The translations under genes were made by a program, and so were the position numbers. A DNA stretch of 64,000 nt from Proteromonas lacertae (lineage: Eukaryota), in NCBI GenBank assembly GCA_002245135.1, contig NGBS01000295.1:1-64000 (forward strand), given 5' to 3'. Within the stretch, counting starts at the first letter, position 1; each line of letters starts with the position of its first letter. The notes under the pieces were generated by a model, which worked only from the letters and a program-made list of their open reading frames with translations, was not told the DNA's origin and did not search any database. Shown here in pieces: positions 1 through 11,252 of this stretch.

Positions 1-451
1 CATCAACTAAATAATTCAATCCAATTGAAGATAATCCATTTCTATCATATTATATATTATCATCAATATTATACTTGAACAATTTATGATTTTTCCTAAT
101 AAGTGTAAATTATGAGATTCACATAACATTTTCATTCCTATATCTCCTATTTTATTTCCATTTAAATCAACTTTGCTAAGCTTTGAAAGTGAAGATAAAT
201 TCCTAATCAATATTTCTATACTATTATGTGTTAGTTTATTATCTATGGAATAGAAAAGAAAAATATCAAATCATACTGCTCAAATCCAATTGTGACACAT
301 CTGCCATCTCATCTAATCTTAATGATATTAATGATTTGAAATATTCATCATTTATTTCTAAATCACTTACATATAATTCATTAAAACCATTTTTTAACAT
401 ACTTAATTGATCTATGAATGTCTTTATTAAACAGTAAATCTTTACATCGAT
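1..451 (-). pseudogene. 3' portion of an RNI-like leucine-rich-repeat gene, cut off from its 5' exons by the eIF4A-III array; continues past the window start
   Basis: Spliced reading gives LRRs SQLDLSNNKLTHNSIEILIRNLSSLSKLSKVDLNGNKIGDIGMKMLCES across a ~33-nt GT-AG intron near 244-276. The frame joins the exon at 8611-8685 if the array is removed. Confidence 0.65.
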
Positions 452-458
452 TAAAACA

Positions 459-648
459 GCTCTCTGTTGAATGGAGGAGGGTTTTTCGAAACCGTATGAA
501 TAAATTCCTCTTAATAAATCTTCTTTTAAACCCCATGTCATTAAAACCCGCAACAACTTCAACTGCTTTACAATTCTCGAATTCAAGTCCCTTTTCATCA
601 CAAACAAATACTAATACATAATATATGCAAATATATACTGCATGACAT
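459..648 (-). pseudogene. eIF4A3: eIF4A-III copy 0: 5' fragment (ATG, 28-nt intron 611-638, 54 codons) fused to the LRR remnant
   Basis: MSCIFVCDEK...[12 protein letters not shown], then leaves the unit at 458. One extra C at 531-534 relative to other copies. Confidence 0.85.
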
Positions 649-742
649 TTGAAACTGTTTATATGTAATAAAAAATTCTTTTATAAAAATCAAGAAATAT
701 ATTTCTTGATTATCAACAATAAAAAAATCACTATAGAATATA

Positions 743-755
743 TCAAGCCAAGCTA
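743..755. promoter_or_regulatory. TCAAGC(C/T) candidate promoter element in the eIF4A-III spacer (present in every unit)
   Basis: TCAAGCCAAGCTA ~100 nt upstream of the ATG. The same core lies upstream of several other genes in the window. Confidence 0.5.
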
Positions 756-807
756 GAGTTTTACAATATTTAAAAGAATAATAAATAAATAATAATATAA
801 TCTTATT

Positions 808-2030
808 CTATACATATTCACTAACATTCATTGGCAGTTCATCAATCTCAGTTCCATAATATTGTTCAATATCACCCAATATTTTCAAATCTTCATTACT
901 TGCAAAATTAATAGCAACACCTTTTCTACCAAATCTACCACTTCGACCTATTCGATGTATATATAATTCTCTATTACTTGGTAAATCATAATTAATAACC
1001 AAAGATACTTGTTGAACATCTAAACCCCTTCCCCATACATCTGTTGTTATCAACACTCTACTTTCACCTCCTCTGAATTTCATCATTATTTCATCACGTT
1101 CATTTTGAGCCATTCCACCATGCATTGTACAAACTGTGAAATTAGCTTCTCTCATCTTTTCTCCTAGCCATTCTACCTTTCTTTTGGTATTACAGAATAT
1201 TACAGCTTGTGTTATTGTTAATGTATCATATAGATCACATAATGTATCAAATTTCCATTCTTCTTTTTCTACACTTACGAAATATTGTTTTATTCCATCC
1301 AATGTTAATTCATCACGTTTTACTAATACTTTTACTGGATTATTCATAAAATTCTTCGTTATTTCTAATATTTCATTTGGTAATGTTGCTGATACTAATA
1401 CTACTTGTGTATGTGGAGGTAAATATCGATATATATCATATATATGATCTTTAAATCCTTCATTTAACATCTCATCTGCTTCATCTAATACTAACATCTT
1501 TATATTCCTTGTTCGAAGATTTCTTCTTTTAATCATATCAAATACACGACCAGGAGTTCCTGATATTACATGTGCACCACCATTTAATGTACTAATATCA
1601 TTACATACACTTTTACCACCAATACAACAATGACACTTTACATTCATATAACTACCTAAAGATAAAAGCACTTTCTGTGTTTGTTCAGCTAATTCACGTG
1701 TTGGAGATAGAATTAATGCTTGAATTTCGGATAAACAAATATCTATATTTTGAAGTATTCCTATACTAAAAACTGCTGTTTTACCTGTACCAGATTGGGA
1801 TTGTGCTATCATATCACGACCTTTTATTATAGGCAACACTGCTCTCTGTTGAATGGAGGAGGGTTTTTTCGAAACCGTATGAATAAATTCCTCTTAATAA
1901 ATCTTCTTTTAAACCCATGTCATTAAAACCCGCAACAACTTCAACTGCTTTACAATTCTCGAATTCAAGTCCCTTTTCATCACAAACAAATACTAATACA
2001 TAATATATGCAAATATATACTGCATGACAT
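808..2030 (-). CDS. eIF4A3: eIF4A-III (DDX48/FAL1) DEAD-box helicase, copy 1; one extra T at 1864-1869
   Basis: Q motif [46 protein letters not shown]. eIF4A3-type [14 protein letters not shown] and TTDVWGRG. 28-nt intron after codon 3. Confidence 0.93.
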
Positions 2031-2189
2031 TTGAAACTGTTTATATGTAATAAAAAATTCTTTTATAAAAATCAAGAAATATATTTCTTGATTATCAACA
2101 ATAAAAAAATCACTATAGAATATATCAAGCCAAGCTAGAGTTTTACAATATTTAAAAGAATAATAAATAAATAATAATATAATCTTATT

Positions 2190-3412
2190 CTATACATATT
2201 CACTAACATTCATTGGCAGTTCATCAATCTCAGTTCCATAATATTGTTCAATATCACCCAATATTTTCAAATCTTCATTACTTGCAAAATTAATAGGCAA
2301 CACCTTTTCTACCAAATCTACCACTTCGACCTATTCGATGTATATATAATTCTCTATTACTTGGTAAATCATAATTAATAACCAAAGATACTTGTTGAAC
2401 ATCTAAACCCCTTCCCCATACATCTGTTGTTATCAACACTCTACTTTCACCTCCTCTGAATTTCATCATTATTTCATCACGTTCATTTTGAGCCATTCCA
2501 CCATGCATTGTACAAACTGTGAAATTAGCTTCTCTCATCTTTTCTCCTAGCCATTCTACCTTTCTTTTGGTATTACAGAATATTACAGCTTGTGTTATTG
2601 TTAATGTATCATATAGATCACATAATGTATCAAATTTCCATTCTTCTTTTTCTACACTTACGAAATATTGTTTTATTCCATCCAATGTTAATTCATCACG
2701 TTTTACTAATACTTTTACTGGATTATTCATAAATTCTTCGTTATTTCTAATATTTCATTTGGTAATGTTTGCTGATACTAATACTACTTGTGTATGTGGA
2801 GGTAAATATCGATATATATCATATATATGATCTTTAAATCCTTCATTTAACATCTCATCTGCTTCATCTAATACTAACATCTTTATATTCCTTGTTCGAA
2901 GATTTCTTCTTTTAATCATATCAAATACACGACCAGGAGTTCCTGATATTACATGTGCACCACCATTTAATGTACTAATATCATTACATACACTTTTACC
3001 ACCAATACAACAATGACACTTTACATTCATATAACTACCTAAAGATAAAAGCACTTTCTGTGTTTGTTCAGCTAATTCACGTGTTGGAGATAGAATTAAT
3101 GCTTGAATTTCGGATAAACAAATATCTATATTTTGAAGTATTCCTATACTAAAAACTGCTGTTTTACCTGTACCAGATTGGGATTGTGCTATCATATCAC
3201 GACCTTTTATTATAGGCAACACTGCTCTCTGTTGAATGGAGGAGGGTTTTTCGAAACCGTATGAATAAATTCCTCTTAATAAATCTTCTTTTAAACCCAT
3301 GTCATTAAAACCCGCAACAACTTCAACTGCTTTACAATTCTCGAATTCAAGTCCCTTTTCATCACAAACAAATACTAATACATAATATATGCAAATATAT
3401 ACTGCATGACAT
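2190..3412 (-). CDS. eIF4A3: eIF4A-III copy 2; three single-base indels as assembled (~2296, ~2731, ~2769)
   Basis: Identical to intact copies apart from homopolymer indels. Confidence 0.88.
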
Positions 3413-3571
3413 TTGAAACTGTTTATATGTAATAAAAAATTCTTTTATAAAAATCAAGAAATATATTTCTTGATTATCAACAATAAAAAAATCACTATAG
3501 AATATATCAAGCCAAGCTAGAGTTTTACAATATTTAAAAGAATAATAAATAAATAATAATATAATCTTATT

Positions 3572-4793
3572 CTATACATATTCACTAACATTCATTGGCA
3601 GTTCATCAATCTCAGTTCCATAATATTGTTCAATATCACCCAATATTTTCAAATCTTCATTACTTGCAAAATTAATAGCAACACCTTTTCTACCAAATCT
3701 ACCACTTCGACCTATTCGATGTATATATAATTCTCTATTACTTGGTAAATCATAATTAATAACCAAAGATACTTGTTGAACATCTAAACCCCTTCCCCAT
3801 ACATCTGTTGTTATCAACACTCTACTTTCACCTCCTCTGAATTTCATCATTATTTCATCACGTTCATTTTGAGCCATTCCACCATGCATTGTACAAACTG
3901 TGAAATTAGCTTCTCTCATCTTTTCTCCTAGCCATTCTACCTTTCTTTTGGTATTACAGAATATTACAGCTTGTGTTATTGTTAATGTATCATATAGATC
4001 ACATAATGTATCAAATTTCCATTCTTCTTTTTCTACACTTACGAAATATTGTTTTATTCCATCCAATGTTAATTCATCACGTTTTACTAATACTTTTACT
4101 GGATTATTCATAAAATTCTTCGTTATTTCTAATATTTCATTTGGTAATGTTGCTGATACTAATACTACTTGTGTATGTGGAGGTAAATATCGATATATAT
4201 CATATATATGATCTTTAAATCCTTCATTTAACATCTCATCTGCTTCATCTAATACTAACATCTTTATATTCCTTGTTCGAAGATTTCTTCTTTTAATCAT
4301 ATCAAATACACGACCAGGAGTTCCTGATATTACATGTGCACCACCATTTAATGTACTAATATCATTACATACACTTTTACCACCAATACAACAATGACAC
4401 TTTACATTCATATAACTACCTAAAGATAAAAGCACTTTCTGTGTTTGTTCAGCTAATTCACGTGTTGGAGATAGAATTAATGCTTGAATTTCGGATAAAC
4501 AAATATCTATATTTTGAAGTATTCCTATACTAAAAACTGCTGTTTTACCTGTACCAGATTGGGATTGTGCTATCATATCACGACCTTTTATTATAGGCAA
4601 CACTGCTCTCTGTTGAATGGAGGAGGGTTTTTCGAAACCGTATGAATAAATTCCTCTTAATAAATCTTCTTTTAAACCCATGTCATTAAAACCCGCAACA
4701 ACTTCAACTGCTTTACAATTCTCGAATTCAAGTCCCTTTTCATCACAAACAAATACTAATACATAATATATGCAAATATATACTGCATGACAT
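3572..4793 (-). CDS. eIF4A3: eIF4A-III copy 3, intact (397 aa after splicing one 28-nt intron)
   Basis: Uninterrupted 369-aa ORF plus 28 upstream codons from the spliced ATG at 4793. Confidence 0.96.
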
Positions 4794-4950
4794 TTGAAAC
4801 TGTTTATATGTAATAAAAAATTCTTTTATAAAAATCAAGAATATATTTCTTGATTATCAACAATAAAAAATCACTATAGAATATATCAAGCCAAGCTAGA
4901 GTTTTACAATATTTAAAAGAATAATAAATAAATAATAATATAATCTTATT

Positions 4951-6171
4951 CTATACATATTCACTAACATTCATTGGCAGTTCATCAATCTCAGTTCCAT
5001 AATATTGTTCAATATCACCCAATATTTTCAAATCTTCATTACTTGCAAAATTAATAGCAACACCTTTTCTACCAAATCTACCACTTCGACCTATTCGATG
5101 TATATATAATTCTCTATTACTTGGTAAATCATAATTAATAACCAAAGATACTTGTTGAACATCTAAACCCTTCCCCATACATCTGTTGTTATCAACACTC
5201 TACTTTCACCTCCTCTGAATTTCATCATTATTTCATCACGTTCATTTTGAGCCATTCCACCATGCATTGTACAAACTGTGAAATTAGCTTCTCTCATCTT
5301 TTCTCCTAGCCATTCTACCTTTCTTTTGGTATTACAGAATATTACAGCTTGTGTTATTGTTAATGTATCATATAGATCACATAATGTATCAAATTTCCAT
5401 TCTTCTTTTTCTACACTTACGAAATATTGTTTTATTCCATCCAATGTTAATTCATCACGTTTTACTAATACTTTTACTGGATTATTCATAAAATTCTTCG
5501 TTATTTCTAATATTTCATTTGGTAATGTTGCTGATACTAATACTACTTGTGTATGTGGAGGTAAATATCGATATATATCATATATATGATCTTTAAATCC
5601 TTCATTTAACATCTCATCTGCTTCATCTAATACTAACATCTTTATATTCCTTGTTCGAAGATTTCTTCTTTTAATCATATCAAATACACGACCAGGAGTT
5701 CCTGATATTACATGTGCACCACCATTTAATGTACTAATATCATTACATACACTTTTACCACCAATACAACAATGACACTTTACATTCATATAACTACCTA
5801 AAGATAAAAGCACTTTCTGTGTTTGTTCAGCTAATTCACGTGTTGGAGATAGAATTAATGCTTGAATTTCGGATAAACAAATATCTATATTTTGAAGTAT
5901 TCCTATACTAAAAACTGCTGTTTTACCTGTACCAGATTGGGATTGTGCTATCATATCACGACCTTTTATTATAGGCAACACTGCTCTCTGTTGAATGGAG
6001 GAGGGTTTTTCGAAACCGTATGAATAAATTCCTCTTAATAAATCTTCTTTTAAACCCATGTCATTAAAACCCGCAACAACTTCAACTGCTTTACAATTCT
6101 CGAATTCAAGTCCCTTTTCATCACAAACAAATACTAATACATAATATATGCAAATATATACTGCATGACAT
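4951..6171 (-). CDS. eIF4A3: eIF4A-III copy 4; one missing C near 5168
   Basis: Identical to intact copies except one homopolymer deletion in the CDS. Confidence 0.9.
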
Positions 6172-6330
6172 TTGAAACTGTTTATATGTAATAAAAAATT
6201 CTTTTATAAAAATCAAGAAATATATTTCTTGATTATCAACAATAAAAAAATCACTATAGAATATATCAAGCCAAGCTAGAGTTTTACAATATTTAAAAGA
6301 ATAATAAATAAATAATAATATAATCTTATT

Positions 6331-7552
6331 CTATACATATTCACTAACATTCATTGGCAGTTCATCAATCTCAGTTCCATAATATTGTTCAATATCACCC
6401 AATATTTTCAAATCTTCATTACTTGCAAAATTAATAGCAACACCTTTTCTACCAAATCTACCACTTCGACCTATTCGATGTATATATAATTCTCTATTAC
6501 TTGGTAAATCATAATTAATAACCAAAGATACTTGTTGAACATCTAAACCCCTTCCCCATACATCTGTTGTTATCAACACTCTACTTTCACCTCCTCTGAA
6601 TTTCATCATTATTTCATCACGTTCATTTTGAGCCATTCCACCATGCATTGTACAAACTGTGAAATTAGCTTCTCTCATCTTTTCTCCTAGCCATTCTACC
6701 TTTCTTTTGGTATTACAGAATATTACAGCTTGTGTTATTGTTAATGTATCATATAGATCACATAATGTATCAAATTTCCATTCTTCTTTTTCTACACTTA
6801 CGAAATATTGTTTTATTCCATCCAATGTTAATTCATCACGTTTTACTAATACTTTTACTGGATTATTCATAAAATTCTTCGTTATTTCTAATATTTCATT
6901 TGGTAATGTTGCTGATACTAATACTACTTGTGTATGTGGAGGTAAATATCGATATATATCATATATATGATCTTTAAATCCTTCATTTAACATCTCATCT
7001 GCTTCATCTAATACTAACATCTTTATATTCCTTGTTCGAAGATTTCTTCTTTTAATCATATCAAATACACGACCAGGAGTTCCTGATATTACATGTGCAC
7101 CACCATTTAATGTACTAATATCATTACATACACTTTTACCACCAATACAACAATGACACTTTACATTCATATAACTACCTAAAGATAAAAGCACTTTCTG
7201 TGTTTGTTCAGCTAATTCACGTGTTGGAGATAGAATTAATGCTTGAATTTCGGATAAACAAATATCTATATTTTGAAGTATTCCTATACTAAAAACTGCT
7301 GTTTTACCTGTACCAGATTGGGATTGTGCTATCATATCACGACCTTTTATTATAGGCAACACTGCTCTCTGTTGAATGGAGGAGGGTTTTTCGAAACCGT
7401 ATGAATAAATTCCTCTTAATAAATCTTCTTTTAAACCCATGTCATTAAAACCCGCAACAACTTCAACTGCTTTACAATTCTCGAATTCAAGTCCCTTTTC
7501 ATCACAAACAAATACTAATACATAATATATGCAAATATATACTGCATGACAT
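6331..7552 (-). CDS. eIF4A3: eIF4A-III copy 5, intact
   Basis: Uninterrupted ORF, same as copy 3. Confidence 0.96.
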
Positions 7553-7711
7553 TTGAAACTGTTTATATGTAATAAAAAATTCTTTTATAAAAATCAAGAA
7601 ATATATTTCTTGATTATCAACAATAAAAAAATCACTATAGAATATATCAAGCCAAGCTAGAGTTTTACAATATTTAAAAGAATAATAAATAAATAATAAT
7701 ATAATCTTATT

Positions 7712-8598
7712 CTATACATATTCACTAACATTCATTGGCAGTTCATCAATCTCAGTTCCATAATATTGTTCAATATCACCCAATATTTTCAAATCTTCAT
7801 TACTTGCAAAATTAATAGCAACACCTTTTCTACCAAATCTACCACTTCGACCTATTCGATGTATATATAATTCTCTATTACTTGGTAAATCATAATTAAT
7901 AACCAAAGATACTTGTTGAACATCTAAACCCCTTCCCCATACATCTGTTGTTATCAACACTCTACTTTCACCTCCTCTGAATTTCATCATTATTTCATCA
8001 CGTTCATTTTGAGCCATTCCACCATGCATTGTACAAACTGTGAAATTAGCTTCTCTCATCTTTTCTCCTAGCCATTCTACCTTTCTTTTGGTATTACAGA
8101 ATATTACAGCTTGTGTTATTGTTAATGTATCATATAGATCACATAATGTATCAAATTTCCATTCTTCTTTTTCTACACTTACGAAATATTGTTTTATTCC
8201 ATCCAATGTTAATTCATCACGTTTTACTAATACTTTTACTGGATTATTCATAAAATTCTTCGTTATTTCTAATATTTCATTTGGTAATGTTGCTGATACT
8301 AATACTACTTGTGTATGTGGAGGTAAATATCGATATATATCATATATATGATCTTTAAATCCTTCATTTAACATCTCATCTGCTTCATCTAATACTAACA
8401 TCTTTATATTCCTTGTTCGAAGATTTCTTCTTTTAATCATATCAAATACACGACCAGGAGTTCCTGATATTACATGTGCACCACCATTTAATGTACTAAT
8501 ATCATTACATACACTTTTACCACCAATACAACAATGACACTTTACATTCATATAACTACCTAAAGATAAAAGCACTTTCTGTGTTTGTTCAGCTAATT
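7712..8598 (-). pseudogene. eIF4A3: eIF4A-III copy 6, 5'-truncated (begins at ELAEQTQ)
   Basis: Unit identity stops at 8598; no Q motif or motif I. Confidence 0.9.
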
Positions 8599-8610
8599 AC
8601 TGAGGTAAAT

Positions 8611-8744
8611 ATCGATCTTGTTTTTTTTGAACTCAATGTATGCTCCATAATGAATGAAATAAGCTTTACTGTACAAATTGTAATACTACAGTTTTATATT
8701 TATTATTCTTTAATAACTAATAGTGAAAATAGATTAATCAGAGT
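8611..8744 (-). pseudogene. Probable upstream exons of the interrupted LRR gene
   Basis: Phase-0 exon 8685-8611 reads YYNLYSKAYFIHYGAYIEFKKNKID after a 32-nt GT-AG intron (8717-8686). It is in frame with [10 protein letters not shown] at 451. Confidence 0.55.
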
Positions 8745-9111
8745 CAGGGCTATAGGAATTTGTTATGATTTGCAGCCACCTGAACTAATAGTTTTAATTA
8801 AGTTCATTAACAAAATCTCAAGCTATATATATATCAACATTGTTATTACAATCATCATTATTTCCACCATCTCCATTATCATTATCTGACTTATCTATAC
8901 TGTTGTTTACAGCTTCTTCAATAATAGAATCTATTTCATTATCCTCTTCAAACTCCATTACTCTTTTCTCTTTCAATAACTTAAACTTTACTCTCATTAA
9001 GTCATTGATTACGCTATTCCCTAATCTGTTTCTCTGTTTGCTATGAATCAACCCCTGCATAGAAAAACTACGTTCTATGAAGCTGTTAGAGGTTGGGATT
9101 GTTTGTATTCT
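8745..9111 (-). mobile_element. hAT-superfamily DNA transposon fragment (C-terminal dimerisation domain, acidic tail, candidate terminal inverted repeat at 8745)
   Basis: RIQTIPTSNSFIERSFSMQGLIHSKQRNRLGNSVINDLMRVK matches the hAT dimerisation signature (PxSxxxxERxFS...xRNRL). CAGGGCTATAGG at 8745 resembles a hAT terminus; no partner end found. Confidence 0.8.
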
Positions 9112-9626
9112 ATGAAGCTGCTACGTCTTTTGTATGACATGATAAAATAAAAAAGCTTGAAAAGAAATCAAGCTTGGATTTATTTCAAAGTTTAATATTT
9201 CGTGTTATAATTAAGTATTGTTTCATTTTATGTTTATTTGTGTGTAATGTTGTAAATTCATATGTATAAATTAATTACTGTTTCTTTGAAATGCTGTGAA
9301 TTAATGAATATTAAAATTTAGCTAAATTTAATCAATTTATTTAACTGTATATATTCAAATAAGTTATGAGTAGTTTATTAATTTGCATAATATTCAGATT
9401 ATCGCAATTTGTTTCATATTTCTATTATGAAGTGATACTATTCATGTAAATGAACAATACATTTATAAGTATGTTATTTAGATAGATTTAATACATAAAA
9501 TTTACATAATATTTTGATTAATAGAAATAAACATAGGTATATTTGTTCTTAAACAGGTTAATATATCTTATTAACAATAGGAGAAATAATATATGTAGTA
9601 TTTATGAAAAACTAATTTTGAAAAAA

Positions 9627-9752
9627 GGGACAGAAAAGGACCTACAGGTTATACTGTCCTTCCTGAAAAAGGACATGTTCGATTTCCGTACAGGCGAGAC
9701 AAGAGAAGAAAGGACAGAAAGGAGGATATGGCTCCAGAAGGACGTCCTTTCT
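9627..9752. repeat. GC-richer element with six AAGGAC/GTCCTT repeats and the palindrome AAGGACGTCCTT
   Basis: AAGGAC at 9636, 9669, 9710, 9738; GTCCTT at 9656, 9744. Confidence 0.7.
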
Positions 9753-9988
9753 GCAACTCAGCTATATTCTCATATACTTTTTATATATGTAATTAAAAAA
9801 CTCTTGTGTAAGTGATATTAATAATAAAAATAATAACAATAACATTAGTGTTTATTCAAATACAAGCATATAATTCTTGATAATAGAAAGAATAATTTAT
9901 GCATAATCAACTTTTAATCTAACAAAACTACACACACGATACAAATAAAAAATAATATAAATACACATATAATTTTAATTTAAAATAA

Positions 9989-10976
9989 TTAGATATTGAA
10001 TAACAAGGCGGATTTGTATTGGAAATAATTAGTTGCTTTTTTAATAGACATATTTAATTGATTAAATATGTTATCAAAATTTGATAAAGTTGTTGTATCT
10101 TCTGTTAAACCATCTGAAATCATTTGTTCATTCACTAAATCATAAAAATATCCATGTTTGGGAAATATTGAGTTTATAATTTTAATATTGTTTTCTTTTA
10201 TTCTGATTAATATTTTGGATTTTGGACCATTTAGAATAGTGTTAAATGTTAACATTAATTCGCAATCTTTATATTCATAATCCCAATCTTGATTATTCTG
10301 TATCTAAAACATATAATAAAACAATATATATAAAACAATATACTATTTCTATTACTTTATCTATGTCTGTTTTTCTTTTTTTATAACAATTTGAATCAAG
10401 GACGGTTGCTTTATTGGCTTGTAATATGTAATTGCCAGTGTTCTTTAATTTGACTGATTCTGAATTCATTTCCAATGGACAAAATTTTGAATATGATTCT
10501 ATTCCATAAATTTCTTCATCCCATTTCAGTCTGTTCTATATAAACAAATAAATATTAGTTATAAAAATACTATATATTCTTTTACTAAAAGGTTATCATT
10601 TGGATATTCTTGAATATCACTTAACTGTATTTTAACAACATTATCATAGTTATATTTTTTTCCTGATTCTTGTATATTTATCGCTTCGTTATCTTCTTTC
10701 TTTGTATTAGTTTTAGTAGTGAATTTGTTAAAAATAATATCATTTTCTGGCAGTTCATCATACTTAGCACTTTCTTCTATTTCTTCCTATTGGTATATTA
10801 TAATGTTATATATATATATTTAATACAAAGATTGACGTAATAGGGTGGAATATAACTTCCACTGGTGGATAGAGAGGTTGAAGAATCTTGCTACTTGGTC
10901 TTTTAATTAATACATTTATGTTTGTTTTGCTACAACTAGATAATATTGAACAGCCTCCTCCTCTATGTAACATCAT
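9989..10976 (-). CDS. Hypothetical multi-exon protein (orphan A)
   Basis: ATG at 10976 (MMLHRGGGCSILSSC...), several ~30-nt introns, last exon ends ...YFQYKSALLFNI. No recognisable domain. Confidence 0.55.
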
Positions 10977-11252
10977 TCTGTAAAAATGTTTAAATGAGAT
11001 TCTAATTTCTATTCAGATTAAATAATTCAACAATACTTAAGAAGATGTGTATACCTTTAATTAACAATTGAACTATTAGATAGATAAAAGAGCAATATTT
11101 GTTGAGCTTGGCTCGCTTTTCACAATAGATTTTATAAATTTTAGATGTTATTTGATATAAATAAACAAACTCTATTTCCGTACAGACGAGATTAAAAGGA
11201 GTCAGAAGCAGGGCACAGCATTAAATAACAAAGATACAAATGTATGAACAAA

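Larger units (their letters stand above)
459..8598. repeat. Head-to-tail tandem array of ~5.9 copies of a ~1,381-bp unit (eIF4A-III gene plus ~159-bp spacer)
   Basis: Unit identity starts at 459 (equivalent to 1841) and ends at 8598 (equivalent to 1694). Start codons at 648, 2030, 3412, 4793, 6171 and 7552. I saw only homopolymer indels between copies, no substitutions. Confidence 0.97.

Noticed and set aside
1136..8351. Repeated 103-aa plus-strand ORF ([10 protein letters not shown]...)
   Set aside because: Antisense shadow of eIF4A-III starting at GTG; repeated only because the unit is repeated.
459..8598. Array as a retrogene or CRISPR-like structure
   Set aside because: Units keep the intron and promoter spacer, have no poly(A) and no variable spacers.
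9543..9815. 90-aa plus-strand ORF over the AAGGAC island
   Set aside because: TTG start and no recognisable domain; better explained as a by-product of the repeat.
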